From assembly GCA_963768805.1 (NCBI GenBank), contig CAVYJI010000003.1, forward strand, positions 25,765 to 89,764: a stretch of 64,000 bases of DNA, given 5' to 3'. This document shows, one piece after another, positions 1-9,805 of this stretch. The DNA is from an uncultured Bacteroidales bacterium (lineage in GTDB: Bacteria; Bacteroidota; Bacteroidia; Bacteroidales; FEN-979). The notes beneath the pieces were generated by a model, which saw nothing but the letters and a program-made list of their open reading frames with translations, was not told the origin of the DNA and made no database searches. Made by a program: the position numbers and the translations under genes. How positions within the stretch are numbered: the stretch's first letter is position 1; each line of letters begins with the position of its first letter.

Positions 1-297
1 AGCTTTCGCCTGCAACAATTGAGAGTAAAGATCACTGCTGTCAATGCTCACCAGCAACTCTCCAATCTTTACACTGTCGCCTTCATCGGCATTGATGGTT
101 GTGATACGGCCAAGGATCTTTGAGCTGACCGAAACCTTGTCTGCTTCAATGTATGCATCATCTGTGGAATAATAGGAATTATATTCACGATACCACCGCC
201 AGGCGAAAATGACCAGTGCAATGATAACAAGTGACAGGGCTATATAAGCCCTGATCTTTTTGGCTTTTTTGTTTACCTTTTTCTCAGGTGTACTCAT
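1..297 (-). CDS. HlyD/EmrA-type efflux membrane-fusion (periplasmic adaptor) protein, N-terminal part; the 3' end runs off the window
   Basis: My translation of the minus strand from the ATG at 297..295 gives MSTPEKKVNKKAKKIRAYIALSLVIIALVIFAWRWYREYNSYYSTDDAYIEADKVSVSSKILGRITTINADEGDSVKIGELLVSIDSSDLYSQLLQAKA. It has one N-terminal TM helix followed by a TDDAY..-type motif typical of HlyD adaptors. The frame is open to position 1. It lies co-directionally downstream of a TetR gene. Confidence 0.8.
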   Translation of the reverse strand, partial: MSTPEKKVNKKAKKIRAYIALSLVIIALVIFAWRWYREYNSYYSTDDAYIEADKVSVSSKILGRITTINADEGDSVKIGELLVSIDSSDLYSQLLQAKA

Positions 298-318
298 AAT
301 GATCTTAATGTTTGTTTT

Positions 319-482
319 ATATTCGTGAGACTCAAATTTTTTGAACATAGTGAATAAAAATTTGTTAGTCGAACAATCCCGACGAAGTCGGAGGGTATAA
401 CCTGCCTGCCGGCAGGCAGGTACTCCGCCCCTTGGGGCGGAATTAGGGTCCAGGGCTTGCCCTGGGGTTCATACCCGTGATT
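319..482 (+). repeat. Stacked-hairpin intergenic repeat, copy A (contains one nested 20-bp palindrome)
   Basis: Aligns by eye with 1206..1350 (same strand) and 55331..55502 (opposite strand). It has an AT-rich arm (ATTCGTGA.ACT..AA....GAACATAGTGAAT.AAAAT). This is followed by hairpins CCGAC-GAA-GTCGG, CCTGCCTGCC/GGCAGGCAGG (401..420), CCGCCCC-TT-GGGGCGG and CCAGGGC-TT-GCCCTGG. Confidence 0.85.
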
Positions 483-1117
483 GTGGTATTTTTAGAACTA
501 TTTTTTAATCCTTTAATAAATAAGCGGATAAATGCAAGATGCTTTTCTTCCATCAGGTCATAATCTCCCTGGCTAAGTTCCCGGTAGTCGCGATGCTGCA
601 TCACTACAAGACGCAACCCCTGCAGGACATCAAGAAATAAAGTGGCAGTTGCGGCAGGATCTTTGCAAATGAAAGTCCCTGATTTTTTTCCTTTGATAAG
701 GATCGCTTCTATGATTTCACTTTCTCTTTTCCTGAAGCGTTCAAATGTTTCTTTTACATGCGGCTTGATCGTGTGAAAATCGGCGAACCTGAATATGCTG
801 AGGTTAATGAAGTTCTTAAAATGTTCATGTCTGATACGGATAAACTCGGTTAACATGAGTTCGGTCGTTGCCTGCTCTTCCAACTGCTGGGTGATCTGGT
901 TGAAAAACTCCTCCTGTTCCGCTTCAATAACCCCTTTAAACAGGCTTTCCTTATCCGGGAAATAATAATAAAGAGATGCTTTCGAAAGGAAAACTCCTGA
1001 TGCGATCTCACTCATCGTCGTGTGTGTGAAGCCATGAATGCCAAAACACTTTCTCGCTTCCGCAAGTATCTGCTGAAATTTTTCACTGTTATCGCCGGTA
1101 TGCGAAATTGAAACCAT
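443..1117 (-). CDS. TetR/AcrR-family transcriptional regulator
   Basis: 224-aa ORF. The N-terminal HTH region ILAEARKCFGIHGFTHTTMSEIASGVFLSKASLYYYFPDKESLF is typical of TetR. It lies upstream of, and co-directional with, the HlyD-type adaptor. The last ~13 codons and the stop lie inside repeat copy A. Confidence 0.9.
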   Translation of the reverse strand: MVSISHTGDNSEKFQQILAEARKCFGIHGFTHTTMSEIASGVFLSKASLYYYFPDKESLFKGVIEAEQEEFFNQITQQLEEQATTELMLTEFIRIRHEHFKNFINLSIFRFADFHTIKPHVKETFERFRKRESEIIEAILIKGKKSGTFICKDPAATATLFLDVLQGLRLVVMQHRDYRELSQGDYDLMEEKHLAFIRLFIKGLKNSSKNTTITGMNPRASPGP

Positions 1118-1205
1118 TTTCTAACTATTTGACTTTTTTGTTCAAGGGGTCAAAGGTAAAAAATTAATTAACCGGGCAACATAATAGATTATTGTCCGGT
1201 CAATT

Positions 1206-1350
1206 TTTTATTCGTGAAACTTCAATTTTAAGAACATAGTGAATTAAAATTGATAGTTGAACAATCCCGATGAAGTCGGAGGGTATAATACCCCGCCCCT
1301 TGGGGCGGAATTAGGGTCCAGTGCTTGCCCTGGGGTTTATACCCGTGATT
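1206..1350 (+). repeat. Stacked-hairpin intergenic repeat, copy B (lacks the nested palindrome)
   Basis: Same arm and hairpin modules as copy A (TTATTCGTGAAACTTCAATTTTAAGAACATAGTGAATTAAAATTGATAGTTGAACAATCCCGATGAAGTCGGAGGGTATAA..CCCCGCCCCTTGGGGCGGAATTAGGGTCCAGTGCTTGCCCTGGGGTTTATACCCGTGATT). The CCTGCCTGCCGGCAGGCAGG module is absent. Confidence 0.85.
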
Positions 1351-1410
1351 CTTGGTCCAATGGACTTATCCTTTCATGATGGCATGGTTGTATTTAAATT
1401 ATTAATGCTG

Positions 1411-2148
1411 TTATTTTACCTTCTTCAACCACATATACCAGGCAAGTTCCTGAAGGTCAGGATCTTTTTTTGCAGACAGTCTATCGGCATCGTCTTCTGT
1501 TTTGGGTGCAGGGATCAAAACAGCATCACCGGGTTTCCAGTTGCCCGGGGTCAATATATTCTTTTGTTCGGCCGTCTGAAGTGCTATCAGGGTTCTTTTG
1601 ATCTCCTCCATATTTCTCCCAACATTCATTGGATAAAAAAAGATCGCCCTGATCTTTTCATTTGGGTCGATGATAAATACCCCCCTGATATCCCGGGTCG
1701 TACTGCTATATGAATGGATCATCCCGTATTTTTTTGAGATCTCGAGGTTAACATCTGATATGAGAGGAAAATTAATTTTTGGAGTTTCCTGGCCATTGTA
1801 CCGCATGGATTCCATTGATTTTTTCCAGGCAATATAGCTGTTTATGCCTTCAGTTGAGACTACAGCTACTTTTGTGTCAAGTTTTTCAAGATCCTTCTGC
1901 ATTTGTGCGAGCTCAATGATTTCGGAAGTGCAGACAGGTGTAAATGCAGCGGGATGGCTGAACAGGATCTTCCATTTCCCATAATAATCATCGGGGAACG
2001 TAATCTTACCGTTCGTTGATTCAGCTGTAAAAGTAGGCGCCGTTTCCCCTATAAGAGGGATCCTCACTTCATCTTTTTTATTATCCTGCGAAAACAATTG
2101 GCCACAAGCGAGTAATGTGAGCAAAATTATCAAACCTGTTTTTTTCAT
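1411..2148 (-). CDS. Peroxiredoxin (AhpC/TSA family, probably 1-Cys/Prx6-like) with signal peptide
   Basis: ORF 1411..2187. I prefer the ATG at 2148, which gives MKKTGLIILLTLLACGQLFSQ (signal/lipobox-like). The peroxidatic motif is FSHPAAFTPVCTSE. Confidence 0.85.
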   Translation of the reverse strand: MKKTGLIILLTLLACGQLFSQDNKKDEVRIPLIGETAPTFTAESTNGKITFPDDYYGKWKILFSHPAAFTPVCTSEIIELAQMQKDLEKLDTKVAVVSTEGINSYIAWKKSMESMRYNGQETPKINFPLISDVNLEISKKYGMIHSYSSTTRDIRGVFIIDPNEKIRAIFFYPMNVGRNMEEIKRTLIALQTAEQKNILTPGNWKPGDAVLIPAPKTEDDADRLSAKKDPDLQELAWYMWLKKVK

Positions 2149-2285
2149 AGTATCAGAGTATTGTTTATTTAGACTAATTCCATGCAAAGATACTTCCTTT
2201 TCATTAATCCAAGTACTTTTTTTATAAAAATTTAGAAATATTTAACAACAGTATTTTAATTGATTCCCTCTCCCTCCTCCCTTTC

Positions 2286-2477
2286 ATTCGAATATTCCTT
2301 TATTCCCTTATTCGCATATTCGCATATTCCCTCATTCGCATATTCCCTCATTCCCATATTCCCTCATTCGCATATTCCCTCATTCGCATATTCCCTCATT
2401 CGCATATTCGCATATTCCCATATTCCCTCATTCGCATATTCCCTTATTCGCATATTCGCATATTCGCATATTCCCGC
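2286..2477. repeat. 8-bp-period degenerate tandem array 1 (24 units: ATTCGCAT / ATTCCCTC / ATTCCCAT / ATTCCCTT)
   Basis: Parsed by hand into 24 consecutive 8-mers, all starting ATTC. The 86-aa track ORF 2260..2520 is an artefact of this repeat. Confidence 0.95.
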
Positions 2478-2751
2478 ATCCATAATCTCCAAATCTCCAA
2501 ATCATCAATCCCCCAACTAGTTAGCTAACGCCCCTCCATCCTCCCTCCGTCCAGTCTATAATTAAACTATACTCGACCTTCAATTGACCTTTATCCCTCC
2601 CTCATCTCCCCAAAACCCGACCCCGAATCGGATTTTTACCCTGTTCAAGGCAAAAAATGATTGTTCCCAGACGATTTTTAGCAAAAAAAAACAGGCCTGG
2701 GCACAATTCACCCACGCCTGTTTTCATAAACAACTAAAAAATTACACTTTA

Positions 2752-2842
2752 CAGTTCAGATTTTACACTTCACACTTAACCCTTAACATTTAACCCCGAA
2801 CGCTTAACCCCGAACACTGAATCCTGAGCGCTTCCTGGCAAC
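2752..2842. repeat. 7-bp-period degenerate tract (about 13 units: TTACACT TTACAGT TCAGATT TTACACT TCACACT TAACCCT TAACATT TAACCCC GAACGCT TAACCCC GAACACT GAATCCT GAGCGCT)
   Basis: Parsed by hand. It overlaps the last ~22 codons and the stop codon of ORF 2776..3246. Confidence 0.75.
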
Positions 2843-3246
2843 TCAGCCACCCGTGCCGCCACCCGTCCTCTGTTCTTGACCAGGATCTTTGTCTTGACAG
2901 AAACTTTGAAAAGCTCTTTCTTAAGGACTTCATAACTGATGGTATCGATCTTTTCTTTCTTTGACTGCAACATAAAATCAGCAATGGCAAGATTCCATGC
3001 ACTCTGCCCGGGCTTTGCCTTCTTTTTGTACCTGGCCTTCAGTTTGGGAATTGCCAATGCCTTCTTTGCATAATCCGTCGCATCCTTGAAACGAACACGA
3101 CTGGCAGCCTGCTTGTAGGTCCATTTCGTATTCGAATAATCCGGATACCTCGACACAACCGTATGATCTCCGCAACGCCTGAAAACCTTATCTCCATACC
3201 TTCCCCGCAGAAATTTCGTTATTATATTATCATCTGCTAAAGCCAT
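2776..3246 (-). CDS. Hypothetical small basic protein (156 aa), no family recognised
   Basis: ATG-initiated ORF, Lys/Arg-rich (e.g. KLKARYKKKAKPGQ), with no TM segment or signal peptide. The 3' end is uncertain because it runs into the heptamer tract. It is bracketed by the two 8-mer arrays. Confidence 0.55.
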   Translation of the reverse strand: MALADDNIITKFLRGRYGDKVFRRCGDHTVVSRYPDYSNTKWTYKQAASRVRFKDATDYAKKALAIPKLKARYKKKAKPGQSAWNLAIADFMLQSKKEKIDTISYEVLKKELFKVSVKTKILVKNRGRVAARVAELPGSAQDSVFGVKRSGLNVKG

Positions 3247-3292
3247 AAAATATCAGTTTGGTTTGAATCTGCAAAATAACACAATATTTTCA

Positions 3293-3452
3293 ATTCCCTA
3301 ATTCGCATATTCCCTCATTCGCATATTCGCACATTCCCATATTCGCATATTCCCATATTCCCTTATTCCCTTATTCGCATATTCGCACATTCCCATATTC
3401 GCATATTCCCATATTCCCATATTCCCTCATTCGCATATTCGCATATTCCCAA
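3293..3452. repeat. 8-bp-period degenerate tandem array 2 (20 units of the same ATTCGCAT/ATTCCCAT/ATTCCCTC family)
   Basis: Parsed by hand. Orientation and unit family match array 1. It starts 47 bp upstream of the start codon of ORF 2776..3246 (minus strand) and ends about 35 bp before the putative nusA promoter box. Confidence 0.95.
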
Positions 3453-3488
3453 ATTTCCAAATTTTTTCCCCGTTTTAATAAATTTGTT

Positions 3489-3496
3489 TATCTTTG
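3489..3496 (+). promoter_or_regulatory. Bacteroidota sigma-A '-7' box TATCTTTG (TAnnTTTG) upstream of nusA
   Basis: Exact match to the TAnnTTTG consensus known for Bacteroides/Flavobacterium promoters, about 180 nt upstream of the nusA ATG. Confidence 0.45.
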
Positions 3497-3538
3497 CACC
3501 CGGATATGCACTTGTGCATCAGTTGGAGAAGAAATTTT

Positions 3539-3566
3539 GAGGGGACATTAGTCCCCTCTTTTGTTG
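3539..3566 (+). terminator. Intrinsic-terminator-like hairpin in the nusA leader (GAGGGGAC-ATTA-GTCCCCTC followed by TTTTGTTG)
   Basis: Perfect 8-bp GC-rich stem, 4-nt loop and a U-rich tail, about 45 nt downstream of the -7 box and about 110 nt upstream of the nusA ATG. Confidence 0.55.
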
Positions 3567-3674
3567 ATAAATCGTAATTATGATCTTAAAGGTGCAGGAC
3601 AAAAGCATCTCACGTTATCAGAAATAAAAACAGCAAAATTAATTGTCAGATTCGAAAAATAATCAATCAGTAAA

Positions 3675-4910
3675 ATGGAACATATCAATTTAGTCGAGAC
3701 CTTTTCGGAATTTAAGGAGTTCAAGAATATCGACCGCGAAACCATGATGCGCATCCTCGAGGATGTCTTCAAGCATATGCTTGCAAAAAGATTCGGCTCG
3801 TCCGATAATTTTGATATCATCGTGAATATCGATAAGGGCGACCTTGAGATCTGGAGGAACCGTATCATCGTTGATGACAATGATGTGACAGACCCTAATG
3901 CACAAGTCGCATTGTCAGAAGCTATCAGAACAGAACCCGACTTTGAAGTCGGTGAAGAACTTTCTGAAGAAATAAAGCTCCTCGACTTCGGCCGCCGTGA
4001 CATCCTTGCCATCCGCCAGAACCTGATCTCCAAGATCCAGGAATACGAAAAAGATAATATCTTCAAGAAATATAAAGAGAAGATCGGCGAAATCATTTCC
4101 GGCGAAGTATACCAGGTATGGAAAAAAGAGATCCTAGTCCTCGATGATGAGAATATCGAGCTGATACTGCCAAAATCTGAGCAGATCCCATCCGACTTCT
4201 ACAGGAAAGGCGATACGATCCGTGCTGTGGTCTCGAAGGTGGAAATGAACAACAACAACCCGGTCATCATCCTTTCAAGGACTTCGCCGGTGTTCCTTGA
4301 ACGGCTCTTTGAATCTGAAGTGCCCGAAGTTTATGACGGATTGATCAGCATCAGGAATATCGTGAGGGTGCCCGGTGAAAGGGCAAAGCTGGCCGTCGAA
4401 TCTTATGACGACCGCATCGACCCCGTCGGAGCCTGCGTCGGTATGAAAGGATCAAGGATCCATGGGATCGTCCGCGAACTCAAAAATGAGAACATCGACG
4501 TCATCAACTATACCACCAATCCTTCGCTTTACATCCAGAGGGCATTGAGCCCCGCAAAGATCACTTCGATCGTGATCGATGAACCCACGAAGAAAGCCGA
4601 TGTATATATGAAACCCGACCAGGTTTCTTTAGCCATCGGAAAGGGTGGCTTTAATATCAAGCTCGCAGGCAAACTTACCGGTTACGAGATCGATGTATAC
4701 AGGGATACCGACGTTGACAATGAAGATGTTGATCTCCAGGAATTCTCCGATGAAATTGATCAGTGGATCATCGATGAATTAAAGACCATCGGATGCGATA
4801 CGGCAAAGAGCGTATTGAATCTTAATGTTAAAGAACTTGTTGACCGCACCGACCTTGAAGAAGAAACAGTTAATGAGCTGGTCCGTATTTTAAAAGCAGA
4901 GTTTGAATAA
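3675..4910 (+). CDS. nusA: Transcription termination/antitermination factor NusA
   Basis: 411 aa. It has the N-terminal NusA domain, an S1-like segment (GEVYQVWKKEILVLDD) and KH motifs (DPVGACVGMKGSRI, AIGKGGFNIKLA). infB follows immediately. Confidence 0.97.
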   Translation: MEHINLVETFSEFKEFKNIDRETMMRILEDVFKHMLAKRFGSSDNFDIIVNIDKGDLEIWRNRIIVDDNDVTDPNAQVALSEAIRTEPDFEVGEELSEEIKLLDFGRRDILAIRQNLISKIQEYEKDNIFKKYKEKIGEIISGEVYQVWKKEILVLDDENIELILPKSEQIPSDFYRKGDTIRAVVSKVEMNNNNPVIILSRTSPVFLERLFESEVPEVYDGLISIRNIVRVPGERAKLAVESYDDRIDPVGACVGMKGSRIHGIVRELKNENIDVINYTTNPSLYIQRALSPAKITSIVIDEPTKKADVYMKPDQVSLAIGKGGFNIKLAGKLTGYEIDVYRDTDVDNEDVDLQEFSDEIDQWIIDELKTIGCDTAKSVLNLNVKELVDRTDLEEETVNELVRILKAEFE

Positions 4911-4960
4911 AATAACTTAATTTTACGTGCCCCTTCAAACAGGGGACTGAGCGAAAGCAT

Positions 4961-7900
4961 ATGAGTGACGCCACAACAACTGTTCGGTTAAGCAAAGCTG
5001 CCCGTGAGTTTAATATTGGGGTTTCTACTGTGGTGGATTTCCTTCTGAAAAAAGGATTTACCATTGAGAAAGATCCCAATAGCAAGCTTTCGCAGGAGAT
5101 GTACTCTCTCCTTATGAAGGAATTTGCTACCGAAAAACATGTTAAGGAAGAATCTAAGAAGATAGGGTTGAATTTTGCTCAGCATGAAACCATTACCATT
5201 GATGACAAACGGTCGACCTCGAAGGATAAGGAAAAAGAACTGGATGAGCCTTTGTACATAAAGAACGCAGCGCTTGAATACAATATAAAACTTTTTGAAT
5301 CGCAGAAGAAAGCCACAGAGCCGGTAAAAGAAGTTCCAAAAGAAGAAGAGAAAAAAGAAGAACCTCCAAAAAAAGAAGCCCCGAAAAAAGAACAAAAAAC
5401 TGCCGGGCAAACTCCTCCTGAAACTGCCACACAGGCACCCGCAGAAGTTCAGCCGGTCGGAACAGGGAAGAAAAAGACGGCAAGATCTGCAAAAAAGAAA
5501 ACACCTGAAACTTCTGCTGAACCTGCAATTCCATTTGAAGAGCTTGAAGCTGATACTAAAACCCCTGATAAAAAAACGCCTGCGATCAGGATTGTTGGAA
5601 AACTTGACCTTGAAACTGTAAAAACAAAACCAGCTAAGAAAGGAAAAGGAAAAAAAGGTAAAGTTGAAGAAAAAGGCGAAGAACTCTTTCCGGAACCTCT
5701 TGAAGCTTTACCACCTGTGCCTGAGATAGAGATAGCTCCTGTCATCCCTGAAGAACTGGAAACGCTTGAGGAGATCTATGAAGAAGAGCCTAAAATAGAG
5801 GATAATTTCATCCCACGGGAAAAAATAAGCCTCGTAGGCCCCACCATTCTCGGCACCATGAAGCTTCCTGAACCCAGGAAAGCAGCAGACAGGAAAAAGC
5901 CGGTTGCCTCTTCTTCCGATGAGGCTGTTAAAGGAAAGAAGAAAAAACGCAAGCGTATAAAGAAGCAACTGGGCACCCCGCTTAGTGATGAAACTACGAC
6001 TGCCCCCCCCGAACATGCAAAAGGTAGGTCGCATGGCAGGAGAGGTGGTTACAGGGATATTGTGAAACCCGAACTTAGCGAGGAAGATATTCAGAAACAG
6101 ATCAAGGAAACTCTTGCAAGGCTGGGTCCTGTTGGGAAATCAAAGGCATCAAAATACCGGAGATTGAAGCGGGAAGCTATCAGCCAGCAGATGCAACAGG
6201 AGCAGGAAAAGATTGAAGAAGGGAAGAAGGTGATCCAGGTTACTGAATTTGTCACCGCCAACGAATTGGCAACGATGATGAGCGTTCCGGTCACCGATAT
6301 CATATCCACTTGTATGTCGCTTGGACTGTTCGTCTCCATCAACCAGCGACTCGATGCTGAAACCCTTACTTTGGTCGCCGACGAATTTGGATACCAGGTT
6401 GAATTTGTTAGCGTCGACGTCCAGGAAGCTATCCAGCACCTTGAAGAAACCGATGCACCGGAAGATCTGGTACCCCGTCCTCCGATCGTTACGGTGATGG
6501 GACACGTTGATCATGGAAAGACAAAATTGCTCGATTATATACGGAAATCGAATATTGTTGCAGGAGAAGCCGGAGGCATCACACAGCATATCGGTGCCTA
6601 TGAAGTGAAACTGGAGAATGGAAAATCCATCACTTTCCTCGACACTCCCGGTCATGAAGCTTTCACTGCCATGCGCGCAAGGGGGGCACAGGTGACCGAT
6701 ATCGTCATCATCGTTATTGCTGCCGACGATAATGTAATGCCACAGACACGCGAAGCCATCAACCATGCCATGGCCGCACAGGTGCCTATCGTGTTTGCCA
6801 TCAATAAGATCGATAAGCCAAATGCAAATCCTGAAAAGGTCAAGGAAGAGCTTTCGAAAATGAACATCCTCGTGGAAGACTGGGGAGGTAAATACCAGTC
6901 ACAGGAGATCTCGGCAAAGGTGGGTACGAATGTCAATATTCTGCTCGACAAAGTTATGCTGGAAGCCGAAATGCTTAACCTGAACGCAAATCCTAAACGC
7001 CTTGCTTTTGGGACAGTGATCGAATCTTCTCTGGATAAAGGCCGGGGCTATGTATCAAAACTATTGGTCCAGAACGGTTCATTAAAGATCGGAGATATGG
7101 TATTGGCCGGTGCTAATTATGGAAAGGTAAAAGCCATGTACAATGAAAGGAACCAGGCTATATACGAAGCTGGACCCTCTGTCCCCCTGTTGATGCTGGG
7201 ATTGAACGGGGCTCCTCAGGCCGGGGACGTGTTTAATGTGATGACCGATGAAAAGGAAGTCAAAGCCTTTGCCAACAAACGCCTTCAGCTTCAGCGTGAA
7301 CAGGGTATCCGTACCCAGAAACACATCACTCTTGATGAAATAGGCCGCCGGATTGCCATTGGCGATTTCAAAGAATTGAACCTTATTGTTAAGGCTGATG
7401 TCGATGGATCGGTAGAAGCCCTGTCCGATTCTTTGCTGAAATTGTCTACCGAAGAGGTCATGGTTACAGTGATCCACAAATCTGTGGGCGCCATTACCGA
7501 ATCCGATGTTTTGCTGGCATCTGCATCTAACGCCATCATTGTCGGTTTCCAGGTGCGTCCTTCGCTGAGTGCCAGGAAACTTGCAGAACAGGAACAGATC
7601 GATATCAGGTTATACTCCATTATCTACCAGGCCATCGAGGAGATCAAAGCCGCTATCGAAGGGATGTTGTCACCTGAGATTGAAGAAAAGATCACTTGCA
7701 ATATCGAAGTGCGGGATGTCTTTAAGATCACCAAGGTCGGAACTGTAGCCGGTTGTTATGTGCTTGACGGCAAGGTTACACGCCACTCCATGATCCGTGT
7801 TATCCGTGATGGCATTGTTGTCTATACCGGCACACTGGGATCGCTGAAACGTTTCAAGGATGATGTAAAAGAAGTCCTTTCAGGTTATGAATGCGGCCTC

Positions 7901-7981
7901 AATATTGAGAATTTCAACGATATAAAGGTGGGTGATATAATCGAAGGTTACGAAGAGATCGAGATCAAACGCCGTCTGTAA
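4961..7981 (+). CDS. infB: Translation initiation factor IF-2
   Basis: 1006 aa. The G domain has [19 protein letters not shown] and NKID. There is a long K/E/P-rich low-complexity N-terminal region. It follows nusA. Confidence 0.97.
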   Translation: MSDATTTVRLSKAAREFNIGVSTVVDFLLKKGFTIEKDPNSKLSQEMYSLLMKEFATEKHVKEESKKIGLNFAQHETITIDDKRSTSKDKEKELDEPLYIKNAALEYNIKLFESQKKATEPVKEVPKEEEKKEEPPKKEAPKKEQKTAGQTPPETATQAPAEVQPVGTGKKKTARSAKKKTPETSAEPAIPFEELEADTKTPDKKTPAIRIVGKLDLETVKTKPAKKGKGKKGKVEEKGEELFPEPLEALPPVPEIEIAPVIPEELETLEEIYEEEPKIEDNFIPREKISLVGPTILGTMKLPEPRKAADRKKPVASSSDEAVKGKKKKRKRIKKQLGTPLSDETTTAPPEHAKGRSHGRRGGYRDIVKPELSEEDIQKQIKETLARLGPVGKSKASKYRRLKREAISQQMQQEQEKIEEGKKVIQVTEFVTANELATMMSVPVTDIISTCMSLGLFVSINQRLDAETLTLVADEFGYQVEFVSVDVQEAIQHLEETDAPEDLVPRPPIVTVMGHVDHGKTKLLDYIRKSNIVAGEAGGITQHIGAYEVKLENGKSITFLDTPGHEAFTAMRARGAQVTDIVIIVIAADDNVMPQTREAINHAMAAQVPIVFAINKIDKPNANPEKVKEELSKMNILVEDWGGKYQSQEISAKVGTNVNILLDKVMLEAEMLNLNANPKRLAFGTVIESSLDKGRGYVSKLLVQNGSLKIGDMVLAGANYGKVKAMYNERNQAIYEAGPSVPLLMLGLNGAPQAGDVFNVMTDEKEVKAFANKRLQLQREQGIRTQKHITLDEIGRRIAIGDFKELNLIVKADVDGSVEALSDSLLKLSTEEVMVTVIHKSVGAITESDVLLASASNAIIVGFQVRPSLSARKLAEQEQIDIRLYSIIYQAIEEIKAAIEGMLSPEIEEKITCNIEVRDVFKITKVGTVAGCYVLDGKVTRHSMIRVIRDGIVVYTGTLGSLKRFKDDVKEVLSGYECGLNIENFNDIKVGDIIEGYEEIEIKRRL

Positions 7982-7984
7982 TTC

Positions 7985-9738
<1,754 letters not shown>

Positions 9739-9805
9739 ATCGGGTAATTTTTCAGCAAAATTACATAATTCACATATATTTAGAACAAATAAAAATAATT
9801 ATTTT

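Noticed and set aside
1321-1713. 130-aa plus-strand ORF
   Set aside because: It starts inside repeat copy B and runs antisense through the well-supported peroxiredoxin gene. Its composition is not protein-like.
2260-2520. 86-aa track ORF (..IPSFAYSLIPIFPHSHIPSFAYS..) and the idea that the octamer arrays are coding or a CRISPR array
   Set aside because: The peptide is a direct read-out of the 8-bp tandem repeat (24-bp super-period), with no start context. The units are contiguous 8-mers with no unique spacers and no cas genes, so this is neither a gene nor a CRISPR array.
3578-4096. 172-aa minus-strand ORF overlapping the start of nusA
   Set aside because: It lies antisense to a highly conserved gene, is Ser/Ile/Leu-rich and low in complexity, and has no recognisable motif.
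4988-6034. A cluster of minus-strand ORFs (4988..5410, 5179..5430, 5193..5534, 5449..5745, 5708..6034, 5776..5976)
   Set aside because: All are antisense to the K/E/P-rich low-complexity N-terminal region of infB. That composition suppresses stop codons on the opposite strand, so these are artefacts.
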